DNA of 33,180 nucleotides from a candidate division WWE3 bacterium CSP1-7 (GTDB lineage: Bacteria > Patescibacteriota > WWE3 > 9FT-COMBO-53-11): NCBI GenBank assembly GCA_001443395.1, contig LDXK01000003.1, positions 1 through 33,180 of the forward strand, in the 5' to 3' direction. Position 1 is the stretch's first letter, and each line of letters opens with the position of its first letter. Made by a program: the position numbers and the translations under genes. The notes under the pieces are model-generated. The model saw only the letters and a program-made list of their open reading frames with translations. It was not told the DNA's origin and ran no database searches. Shown piece after piece: positions 17,788 through 25,844 of this stretch.

Positions 17788-18711
17788 GTGGCAAAAATTC
17801 AGTTGCCGAAATTCAATAAAAAGCTCGCGGCAATCATTGTCGCGATTTTGCTCCTTCTTCTTGCCGTGATTGCCCTCGCTTGGGACCAATTTGGGCCGGA
17901 GCCCGAAAGTCAACCCACCGAACAGCCGGAAGAAAGTCAGGAAACGCCTCCGGTGGAAGAAGGTGCCCTGATCACCAAGGTCTCCGTGTCGGTTTCCCCC
18001 TCGACCTACTCGAGTACCTCCTGCTCTAAAGCCTTTAAGTTTACCGGCAAAATCACCGCCAGCCGGGAGGGAACGGTGAAATATTACTGGGAAAAGAGCA
18101 ACGGCGGCAAATCCACTTCCCAAACCGTTAAATTCACCAAAGCCGAAACCAAAAGCGTTTCCTATTCCTGGACGGTGAACGGGGATTACAGCGGTTGGGC
18201 TCGGCTCAAAACTACCTCCCCGGAAACACTTACTTCCAGCAAGGCCTCCTTTACCGAAACCTGCGTCTTCGCTGTGACAAGCGTGACGGCGAGCGTTTCT
18301 CCGAGTACGAACAACAGCTGCCCCACCGAGACCTACAACTTTACGGGGAAGATTACGGTTAATGAGGCCGGGACGGTCAAGTATAAGTGGGAGCGGGCCT
18401 ACGACGAGGACTTTGACGGAAGCATCGAGACCCTCTCAAGCACCTCAACTAATAACTTAACTTTCACAAAGGCGGGCACAAAAACGGTAAGCCGATCGGA
18501 TGATTATGGCCTTGAGATAGTTTACGCTCCCGATTCTTCGATATTCTCTAGATTTTTGGTCTGGCTTCGGAACTTGTTTAGCCCGGTTGTCAATGCGATT
18601 TTTTATCCTCCAGATGGTCAAGAAGGATGGGAGCGGATCAAAGTTACTTCTCCTAATTCCAAAACATCAAACAAAGCGGAATTTACCTACGACATGAGCA
18701 ATTGTCTCTGA
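17788..18711 (+). CDS. Membrane-anchored Ser/Thr-rich protein with two tandem Ig-like repeats
   Basis: TM, Pro/Glu linker, two copies of SVSPST..C...F/YxFTGKIT...GTVKYxWE...FTKAxTKxVS...GWxRxKxTSP...SxKAxFT. Confidence 0.8.
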   Translation: MAKIQLPKFNKKLAAIIVAILLLLLAVIALAWDQFGPEPESQPTEQPEESQETPPVEEGALITKVSVSVSPSTYSSTSCSKAFKFTGKITASREGTVKYYWEKSNGGKSTSQTVKFTKAETKSVSYSWTVNGDYSGWARLKTTSPETLTSSKASFTETCVFAVTSVTASVSPSTNNSCPTETYNFTGKITVNEAGTVKYKWERAYDEDFDGSIETLSSTSTNNLTFTKAGTKTVSRSDDYGLEIVYAPDSSIFSRFLVWLRNLFSPVVNAIFYPPDGQEGWERIKVTSPNSKTSNKAEFTYDMSNCL

Positions 18712-18792
18712 TTAACGGGAAAGATATTCCTCGAGCGTGACCCCCTTTTTATAGAGTTTTGTTGCGAGTTGGATCCCAACCCAGCGGATGTA
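18712..18792 (-). pseudogene. Stranded diverged 3' end of the VanY-type peptidase gene
   Basis: Minus strand encodes YIRWVGIQLATKLYKKGVTLEEYLSR* versus HIRYVGIKLATQLYQQKLTLEEYLTRE* at the end of the intact gene. Confidence 0.9.
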
Positions 18793-18796
18793 CTGT

Positions 18797-18814
18797 CCTT
18801 CGCTTACGCTCAGG
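18797..18814. repeat. REP-like short palindrome
   Basis: CCTTCGCTTACGCTCAGG; the reverse complement CCT-GA-GC-GTAA-GC-GA-AGG forms a hairpin with tandem GA pairs and a GNRA loop. Confidence 0.5.
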
Positions 18815-18826
18815 TTGTAATTTCGC

Positions 18827-19585
18827 TTACTCCCTTGTTAGGTACTCTTCTAAAGTTAGTTTTTGTTGATAAAGTTGGGTAGCTAACTTAATTCCGACGT
18901 AGCGAATATGCCAGGGTTCGCTGATGTATCCGGTGATGCTTTCTTTTCCGGGCTGATAGGAAACCGTAAAACCGAATTTGTAGGCGTTCTTGGCGACCCA
19001 GCCGGCGGCGGGGCTGGCGGTGAAGCTCGCAAAATCCGAATTCCCTACCAGACCGAGGTCCACGACTGTTCCAAGCTGGTGTTCGGAATGTCCCGGTCGG
19101 GCGGATCCCATTAAAGCGGCGGCGTATCCGGATTGGCTAACCCAGTAGTTAAAGGTTGCAACTTGAGTAGAGTAGGAGCGATAGGCCGAGACTACGGAAA
19201 GGTTGAAACCGGACGTTTTAGCCGCTCCATAAAGTTGATTGAGATAGTTAAGAATGTCGCCGCCGCGGAGATATTCTGTTCCGGTAGTAGGAATGCTAGT
19301 GATCCTGGTGAGCCCGGGAGGGACGTAGCTCGCCGGCAGGGCGCAGCTCTTATTGACGTGGGTGAGAATCATACCCCCTTCTACAGCGAGCACGCACTCT
19401 CCGGCTTGGATGATATCCCTGGTTCCCAGCACGCTTCCCTGGGTAGCCTCACTCGGCGGGATCGTCGCGAACAGCCCCCAGGATTCCTTGGCGACGATTT
19501 TCTGGGGAGACGCGAACCGGTGGCCGACACCCAATCCCAACAGGAAGAAATACCCCAAGATCGGAAAAAGATGTTTTAGCCGCAT
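18827..19585 (-). CDS. M15B (VanY-like) D-alanyl-D-alanine carboxypeptidase
   Basis: SAYRSYSTQ, SARPGHSEHQLGTVVD and EPWHIRYVG motifs; N-terminal anchor; start MRLKHLF at 19585. Confidence 0.92.
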   Translation of the reverse strand: MRLKHLFPILGYFFLLGLGVGHRFASPQKIVAKESWGLFATIPPSEATQGSVLGTRDIIQAGECVLAVEGGMILTHVNKSCALPASYVPPGLTRITSIPTTGTEYLRGGDILNYLNQLYGAAKTSGFNLSVVSAYRSYSTQVATFNYWVSQSGYAAALMGSARPGHSEHQLGTVVDLGLVGNSDFASFTASPAAGWVAKNAYKFGFTVSYQPGKESITGYISEPWHIRYVGIKLATQLYQQKLTLEEYLTRE

Positions 19586-19610
19586 ACTCCCATTATAATA
19601 GAGCAGGCGG

Positions 19611-19698
19611 GGAGGCGTGGCCGAGTGGACTAAGGCGCCGATCTCGAAAATCGGTTGGGCGCAAGCCCTCACAGGTTCGAATCCTGTCGCCTCCGCCA
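19611..19698 (+). tRNA. tRNA-Ser(CGA)
   Basis: GGAGGCG/CGCCTCC acceptor; anticodon arm CCGAT-CT-CGA-AA-ATCGG; long variable arm; GCCA end. Confidence 0.95.
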
Positions 19699-19715
19699 CA
19701 GAGTAAGATGAAAGT

Positions 19716-19871
19716 ATGAAAAACCCAAAATTTACTAACTTAGCAGTTTTTATCATCTTTTTCGGAATTGCCTTGATCGAGGCTTTTCAAAAACAAAATT
19801 GGTTGGAGGCGGCGCTCTTTTTAGCCCTGGGACTGCTATCGCTCTGGGCGGATACTGGAAAGCTCAAATGA
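19716..19871 (+). CDS. Small (51 aa) two-TM membrane protein, not in the ORF track
   Basis: MKNPKFTNLAVFIIFFGIALIEAFQKQNWLEAALFLALGLLSLWADTGKLK*; TAAGAT 6 nt upstream; stop overlaps the next start (ATGA). Confidence 0.7.
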   Translation: MKNPKFTNLAVFIIFFGIALIEAFQKQNWLEAALFLALGLLSLWADTGKLK

Positions 19872-20407
19872 ACGCACTAAACATCGCCGAAGCCGGAATT
19901 CCCGAAGAGGTTCTTTCGGGATGGAGGAACGAATACGGTCACAAAGCCGAGGAGAATTTTGAAACCGCCCTTGGTAAATTGGGCGTAGAGACTGTTCAAG
20001 GAGATCCGGATTCTCGGAAATCCGATAAATTAGTTTCGGAAGGAAAGATCGTTTCCCGCCGCTCTTCCGCTAAAGAAGATTTCGAAAAGGGAATTGATTT
20101 CCATATTTTTAATCCTTTGACCGGTCGAATGGTGCCGGTGGACATCAGTGTTTCCAAAGACCCAGAGGTACATGCCGGTAAGCGAAACCGCGAACTAAGA
20201 GAAGGGATTCGATTTTTGCCTCTCTCAGCGCGGAATCTGGAACTGGCTTCGCGCGGCAGTGAGCGTGATCTTCAGGAGGTTTGGCGAAACGTTAACACCC
20301 TTCTGCTTTCGGATGCGCTGGACCTTGCTCGGAGAGGAAAAGTCCAAATCCCGGAAGCTCAGCTAGTTCGGATCGAACAGAAGCTGGGGATCGCCCCGAA
20401 ACACTAG
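19868..20407 (+). CDS. Hypothetical protein, possible PD-(D/E)XK nuclease fold
   Basis: GHKAEENF helix, EDFEKGIDF, VPVDIS pattern; ATGA-coupled start. Confidence 0.6.
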   Translation: MNALNIAEAGIPEEVLSGWRNEYGHKAEENFETALGKLGVETVQGDPDSRKSDKLVSEGKIVSRRSSAKEDFEKGIDFHIFNPLTGRMVPVDISVSKDPEVHAGKRNRELREGIRFLPLSARNLELASRGSERDLQEVWRNVNTLLLSDALDLARRGKVQIPEAQLVRIEQKLGIAPKH

Positions 20408-20434
20408 ATTAAATTTTGCTACGATAAGATCGCA

Positions 20435-20752
20435 ATGGAAGCCGCTCCCGCAAAGGACGCGAAAGAAAACTCGCTAGCTTCGCCACGCGAAGTTAAACGC
20501 GTAATCGTGGACCGCAATCTCTGCATCGGTGCCGGCAGCTGTGTCGTCGCCGCTCCGACGGTTTTCGAACTCAACGGTGAGAACAAAGCCGTGATCAAAC
20601 AGCAGGGCGGTGTTAAGAACTCCGGCCCGGCCGAGAGAGAAGTGTTGGAAGACCAAGCGATCCCCTATGAAACTCTCCTGGCGGCGGCCCAGTCCTGTCC
20701 CACCAAAGCGATTATCATTGTTGACGAACAAGGAACCCAAATCTATCCGTGA
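20435..20752 (+). CDS. Single-cluster ferredoxin ([3Fe-4S]-type motif)
   Basis: VDRNLCIGAGSCVVAAPTVF ... AAQSCPTKAI. Confidence 0.9.
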   Translation: MEAAPAKDAKENSLASPREVKRVIVDRNLCIGAGSCVVAAPTVFELNGENKAVIKQQGGVKNSGPAEREVLEDQAIPYETLLAAAQSCPTKAIIIVDEQGTQIYP

Positions 20753-21978
20753 ATGAGATTAAGTACCTGATCGTGGGGGGCGGGGTTGCGGGCACGACGG
20801 CGGCCGAAACTATCCGCGCCACCGACAAAGAAGGCAGCATCGCGATCGTCTCCGACGAGCCCTATCGTTTTTACTCTCGAATCCTGCTCTCCAAACCGAA
20901 TTTTTTCCTAGAAAAAATCCCTTTTGACCAGATCTGGCTGAAGGATGAGGCCTGGTATCGGCAAAACCAGGTCAGCCTGATGTTGGGCAAGGAGGCAGCC
21001 AAACTTGATCCGCAGGGCAGAGTGGTCAGTCTCAATGACGGATCCACTTGGCATTACGAGAAGCTTCTCCTCGCGGTGGGGGCCTGCGCTCGCCGTTGGA
21101 GCGTTCCGGGAGCGGAAAAGAAAGGAGTTCTCTCCCTGCGAACCCTGGATGATGCCAAAGAAGTCATCTCCCGGGTCAAAAACATCAAGCAGGCGATTCT
21201 GATCGGCAGCGGGTTTATCAGTTTTGAAATGGCGGATATGCTGGTCATGGCGGGAGTTGATACCACTCTGGTGATCTTGGAGTCCTACTACTGGGAGCCG
21301 GTTTTGGATGAAGCCTCCGGTCGGATGATCGAGAAGGTTTTGATCGAGCACGGGGTTAAGATTCTGCACAAAAGTGAGGTGTTCCAGATCGAGGGTGAGG
21401 AAAACGTGACCGGAGTTGTTCTCAAAGACGGTACCAAGCTTCCTTGTCAGTTGATCGTGGCCGGAATCGGAGTGGAGTGCCCATTGGGTTGGATCAAGGA
21501 GGCCGGGGTGATTGTCAACCGCGGGATTCTGGCGGACGAATATCTGCAGACGAACTTTGCCGATATCTACACCGCCGGCGATTGCGCCGAGTTCAATGAT
21601 CTGGTGTTGGGTGAACGGGTGCTTTTGGGAAATTGGGTTAACGCCCAGGTTCACGGGAGAACGGCGGCGGCCAATATGGTTGGTGGGCACCAGCCTTCTA
21701 AGATGGTTTCCTTCTACACTACTCAGGGAATGGGATTGGCGATCGCCTTTGTCGGGAATGTTCGTGTCACTCCCGATCGGGAGGTAGTGGTCCGGGGGAC
21801 TCTCGAAGCCGGTTCCTACGGGAGATTGATTCTGCACAACGGAAAGCTGGTGGGAGCAACCCTGCTCAATCTCACCCGAGAGATGGGAATGCTGGCGAAG
21901 ATAATTGAGAGAGGAGCTGATCTCACGGCCAAAAAACCGTTCCTTGCTGATCTCAAAAATGATCTCTCGATGATCTAG
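20749..21978 (+). CDS. FAD-dependent NAD(P)H:ferredoxin/rubredoxin-type oxidoreductase
   Basis: GGGVAG FAD site, LLLAVG, IGSGFISFE NAD site, IYTAGDCAE. Confidence 0.9.
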   Translation: MNEIKYLIVGGGVAGTTAAETIRATDKEGSIAIVSDEPYRFYSRILLSKPNFFLEKIPFDQIWLKDEAWYRQNQVSLMLGKEAAKLDPQGRVVSLNDGSTWHYEKLLLAVGACARRWSVPGAEKKGVLSLRTLDDAKEVISRVKNIKQAILIGSGFISFEMADMLVMAGVDTTLVILESYYWEPVLDEASGRMIEKVLIEHGVKILHKSEVFQIEGEENVTGVVLKDGTKLPCQLIVAGIGVECPLGWIKEAGVIVNRGILADEYLQTNFADIYTAGDCAEFNDLVLGERVLLGNWVNAQVHGRTAAANMVGGHQPSKMVSFYTTQGMGLAIAFVGNVRVTPDREVVVRGTLEAGSYGRLILHNGKLVGATLLNLTREMGMLAKIIERGADLTAKKPFLADLKNDLSMI

Positions 21979-21982
21979 TGCA

Positions 21983-22510
21983 ATGATCAAAGAAACACAA
22001 CCTAAAAAAATCAGGATCGGTTGGTTCTCGTTCTCCTGCTGCGAGGACAACACGGTCGTGATGACCGAGGTAATGAACGACCACTGGCAGGAGTGGAAGA
22101 AGCTTTTTGACTTCCGCCACGCCCGGGTTTTAAAGTCCGTCAACACTTTGGACGAGATGGACATTGCCTTTGTCGAAGGGGCAATCGCTTCCGATAAGCA
22201 GGCCCAAGAGCTGAAAGAGATTCGGCGTCTGTCCAAGAAATTGGTAGCGGTGGGAGCTTGTGCGGTAATGGGAATGCCTTCCGCCCAGCGCAACTATTTC
22301 AACGAGAATCAACAGAAGCAGGTCGAGTTCCTCCTCGCCCGTTTCTCGGCGCTTCCTAAAGTACTTAAGGTTTCGGAAGTGGTGCCGATCGACGCGGAGA
22401 TTCCCGGCTGTCCGATGGACCCGAACGATTTCCTCAACAAGGTCAATGCCCTAGTGGCGGAATTTCAGGTGGATTCGGCGAGCCCACCACTAGCAGGAGG
22501 AAAATCCTGA
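21983..22510 (+). CDS. NiFe hydrogenase small (delta-like) subunit, truncated to the proximal cluster domain
   Basis: SCCED, VEGAI, VGACA and IPGCP motifs; 175 aa with no medial/distal cluster region. Confidence 0.88.
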   Translation: MIKETQPKKIRIGWFSFSCCEDNTVVMTEVMNDHWQEWKKLFDFRHARVLKSVNTLDEMDIAFVEGAIASDKQAQELKEIRRLSKKLVAVGACAVMGMPSAQRNYFNENQQKQVEFLLARFSALPKVLKVSEVVPIDAEIPGCPMDPNDFLNKVNALVAEFQVDSASPPLAGGKS

Positions 22511-23802
22511 TGCACACTTTTGATTTGTCTTTGGATCGGATCACCAAGGTCGAGGGTTCCGCTTCCCTGACAGTGAGGGTGGTGGACGATAAGGTTGAAG
22601 AGGTTCACTTCAGCATCGCCGATTTCAAACGCTTCTACACCCAAGCGATGCAGGGCAAGCCGATCATTGCCCTTCCCCAGCTTCTAGCGCGGATCTGCGG
22701 GACCTGCTCCAACGCCCATCTGCTCTGCAGTATCGAGGCGAGTGAGCGCGCCCTGGGAATTACCCCCACTCCTCAGACCAATCTCCTCCGAGTTCTGACG
22801 ATGTACGGTTTGATGATCCGCGACCATGCTCTCCATCTCTATCTTTTCTCAATGCCGGATGTCTTCGGCAGGGATTCTTTCCTGGATTTCGATGAGAACG
22901 ATCCCGTCCAGCACCAGCTCCTGCACGATGCCTTTGAGATCAAGGCCGCCGGCAATTTTTTGGCGACGTTGATTGCGGGGCGGAGCGTGCACGCCCCCTA
23001 TCCGATGATCGGAGGATTCAGCCATTTTCCCGATGCCGCGGGAATTAAAGAAGCGTTGACAAAGCTGGAAGCGATTCGCCCGGCGGTGCTTCGTTTGATT
23101 GACGTTTGGAAAGATGCGCCGTTCCACTTTGACCGAAAGACGAATTTCATGGCGCTGGTCCCTGAGCGCTATGGTTTCCTGAACGGCAAGATCTGCGACA
23201 ACAAGGGTTGCTTGATCGAAGAACAGGAGCTGCGGACCCATCTGGAACGGGTAGTTCTGCCTTATTCTCAGGCTTCGGCCTACAAGCACGAGGGGGAGTC
23301 CTATATGGTCGGTTCGCTGGCGCGGATCAATCTGGCCAAAGACCGACTCCATCCCAAGACCAGAGAAACGCTGGGGAAAACTCTCGATCTTTTCCCATCC
23401 ACCGATATCTTCCAAAATAATCTAGCGCAGGCAATTGAGATTCTGCACTCGGTTGATGATGCGCAAGAGATTCTGTTGAATACCCAATTCAATCCGGAAC
23501 CAATCATCAAAGGCACGCCGCAGGAATCGGTGGGGGTGGGGGTGGTGGAAGCGCCGCGGGGAACGCTCTACCACAAGTACCACCTTCATCCCGACGGGAA
23601 CGTGGTGGAGGGAGAGATTGTGGTCCCGACCGGACAAAATCAGATCAACATTGAAGAGGATATTCACCAGCTTGTCCAAAATCTTCTGCCGGATACGCCG
23701 AAGGAAACCATCACCCTTGAGATCGAAAAGCTGATCCGGGCCTACGATCCCTGCATGAGCTGCGCCGCCCACTTCCTCAAGATCGATTGGCGCGAAGAAT
23801 AG
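22510..23802 (+). CDS. NiFe hydrogenase large (alpha) subunit, group 3b-like
   Basis: TKVEG, L1 RICGTCSNAH, EAPRGTLYH, L2 DPCMSCAAH followed by a 9-aa extension. Confidence 0.93.
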   Translation: MHTFDLSLDRITKVEGSASLTVRVVDDKVEEVHFSIADFKRFYTQAMQGKPIIALPQLLARICGTCSNAHLLCSIEASERALGITPTPQTNLLRVLTMYGLMIRDHALHLYLFSMPDVFGRDSFLDFDENDPVQHQLLHDAFEIKAAGNFLATLIAGRSVHAPYPMIGGFSHFPDAAGIKEALTKLEAIRPAVLRLIDVWKDAPFHFDRKTNFMALVPERYGFLNGKICDNKGCLIEEQELRTHLERVVLPYSQASAYKHEGESYMVGSLARINLAKDRLHPKTRETLGKTLDLFPSTDIFQNNLAQAIEILHSVDDAQEILLNTQFNPEPIIKGTPQESVGVGVVEAPRGTLYHKYHLHPDGNVVEGEIVVPTGQNQINIEEDIHQLVQNLLPDTPKETITLEIEKLIRAYDPCMSCAAHFLKIDWREE

Positions 23803-24154
23803 CCGAAACTTGATCCAGCGTTTTTTTCTCGCCCAACCCTGAAGGGATTCCGATCACCAGAACTTTTTGAACCTTGCCGAGCTTCTGCAGCATCCGCAAA
23901 CTTGCGAGGGCGTCAAAATCGTGAACGCTGTTGCGAGGAGCGCTGACAAAACTTTCCAATCCGTTAAACAACCGCACGTCCTTGATCCCTTCCACCGTGT
24001 CCATCACCGTGATTTGGACGGGAAATTCCAACTCTTCATTGGGATCAACCACTCTAAAATCAACCGCCGGAAAAATCTTTCGAAGCTGGGGGAGAATCCG
24101 GATCGGCAGCGAATCGGCCGGCAGGTCGGGGTTGCCGAAAACGTGAACAATCAT
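23777..24154 (-). CDS. Putative minimal hydrogenase maturation protease (HycI/HybD-like)
   Basis: VFGNPDLPADS, VMDTV, SVHDF and VLVIGI parallel the GxGN...DD, vDA and s.H motifs; adjacent to the large subunit. Confidence 0.65.
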   Translation of the reverse strand: MIVHVFGNPDLPADSLPIRILPQLRKIFPAVDFRVVDPNEELEFPVQITVMDTVEGIKDVRLFNGLESFVSAPRNSVHDFDALASLRMLQKLGKVQKVLVIGIPSGLGEKKTLDQVSAILRANRS

Positions 24155-24882
24155 ATTGTTTGATTGGCCAAATTCAGGTGGCGGAGAGTGTATCGGCGGA
24201 GAAAGTTCAGTTGGCGGGGATTAACAACCTCGCACAAAACGCCCCAGTGGATCGTAACCAGGTCGCCGATTTTGAGCCGGTCGAGATCGGGTTCTTGTTC
24301 CAGCCGGCGAGTGATCGGCCGAAGGGTGGTCTCCCCCAACCGTAGTTTTCGGTTTTCGTAGAGAATCGGCTCGCTTTCCACCATGATTTTGGGGCCGTTG
24401 ATTTCCCGTACCGTTCCCCAGCTGACGCGGCAGGAATCAATGCTTTCCAAAGTGTGTTCCCGCTCCTCGTGTCCGGTGCGCTTCCAAATATCCAGCACGT
24501 GAAAAGAGTGGTGGGGAACGGCGCCCTGCTCGATTTTGGCGGTGAGCCGGTCAAAAGCCTTTCCTCCCAAACGGTCCTTGAGTCGGAGTCCTTCGCGCAG
24601 GTGCCGGTAAAACTGTTTTTGGGAGATGTTTTCCAGCAACTCGTTGCCGACCCAGTAGGCCTCCACGACCCGCTCGTTAAAGGGATCTTTGATCTCATTG
24701 GCATGGGCAATGTGAAGCAGGTAGGGGTACATCGTTTGAAAAGCAGAGAGGAGCTTTGCCAGTCCCGGGTCGGCGACGCCTTCCCGAATGTGAGCGAGGA
24801 TTTCGGCATTGGCGTCGGGCCCGCAGTAATGCAGGCGGTTGGGACCGAAGGCATAACGGCCGGCGCGCAGAAGTCCATCCAT
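24151..24882 (-). CDS. DUF6390-like protein, hydrogenase-associated
   Basis: RYAFGPNRLHYCGP, VVEAYWVGN, PHHSFHV, CRVSWG and GDLVTIHWG motifs; start MDGLLRAG (24882, alternative 24885). Confidence 0.75.
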   Translation of the reverse strand: MDGLLRAGRYAFGPNRLHYCGPDANAEILAHIREGVADPGLAKLLSAFQTMYPYLLHIAHANEIKDPFNERVVEAYWVGNELLENISQKQFYRHLREGLRLKDRLGGKAFDRLTAKIEQGAVPHHSFHVLDIWKRTGHEEREHTLESIDSCRVSWGTVREINGPKIMVESEPILYENRKLRLGETTLRPITRRLEQEPDLDRLKIGDLVTIHWGVLCEVVNPRQLNFLRRYTLRHLNLANQTI

Positions 24883-24940
24883 CATACTGATGATACCAAC
24901 TAGAATGCTATTATCTTTTTTTAGGAGGGGAATGGCAATT

Positions 24941-25837
24941 ATGGAGAGAAAGGGAATAATTTTAGTAGCGGCCACCGCGATCATCTCGGGGATGGCGATC
25001 TTCGTGAGCAAGCTGGGTCTGAAAGACTTTGATCCAGTTCTTTTCACTTGGCTGCGCAACACGATTGTGGCTGTCCTGCTCCTGGGGATCATCGCGGGAG
25101 CGGGAGAGTGGGGAGCGCTCAAAAAGCTCGTCTTTCGGGATTGGTTGCGATTGGCGGCGATCGGTTTGATCGGCGGTTCGATCCCCTTTCTGCTTTTCTT
25201 CCAGGGGCTGGCGCTGACCTCGGCCGCCAACGCTTCGTTCATTCACAAGACAATGTTCGTCTGGGCCGCGTTGTTGGCTGCTCCGCTTTTGGGGGAGCGA
25301 ATGGGGCGGCGATTGCTGCCGGCCGCGGTGCTGCTCCTGCTGGGCAACGCTCTGCTGTTGAAACTTCTTCCCGGCGGGTCGAGCTTTCAGCTTGGCGATC
25401 TGTTGATCCTGGCCGCGACGCTTCTCTGGGCGGGTGAGAACGTACTCTCCAAGCACGTCCTGCGCACCATTCCGCCCAAGATCGTCGCCCTGGGACGAAT
25501 GGGAATCGGGTCGTTGGTCATCCTGGGGGTGCTGATTGCCACCGGCAAGTTGGCGCTCATCAGCCAACTCCCGCCTCTCCATCTGGGTTGGGTGGCGCTG
25601 ACCGCCCTCTTCCCGCTGGGCTACGTTCTGACTTGGTACGCGGGGTTGCGGGAGATCAAGGTGACGACAGCGACCAGCATTCTTCTGTTGGGTTCGCCGG
25701 TTACTACCCTGCTGGTGGCGTTCCAGAGCGGACTACTTCCTTCCTTCCCGCAGGGTTTGGGGATTGCGCTTATTTTGGGGGGATTGGCGGTTCTTCTTCT
25801 CCGACCGCGCCGGAAGATGCAGGTCGCTTCGGCTTAA
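24941..25837 (+). CDS. DMT/EamA family transporter
   Basis: About 10 TM helices in two EamA repeats; AGGAGGGG RBS upstream. Confidence 0.88.
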   Translation: MERKGIILVAATAIISGMAIFVSKLGLKDFDPVLFTWLRNTIVAVLLLGIIAGAGEWGALKKLVFRDWLRLAAIGLIGGSIPFLLFFQGLALTSAANASFIHKTMFVWAALLAAPLLGERMGRRLLPAAVLLLLGNALLLKLLPGGSSFQLGDLLILAATLLWAGENVLSKHVLRTIPPKIVALGRMGIGSLVILGVLIATGKLALISQLPPLHLGWVALTALFPLGYVLTWYAGLREIKVTTATSILLLGSPVTTLLVAFQSGLLPSFPQGLGIALILGGLAVLLLRPRRKMQVASA

Positions 25838-25844
25838 GCTTTTG

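Noticed and set aside
18827-19585. Vancomycin resistance locus
   Set aside because: A lone M15B peptidase without vanHAX/vanRS; a housekeeping carboxypeptidase is more likely.
20908-22293. Long antisense ORFs (461 aa here; also 9324..10307, 30200..30958, 10096..10764)
   Set aside because: Shadow frames of well-supported genes with no recognisable motifs.
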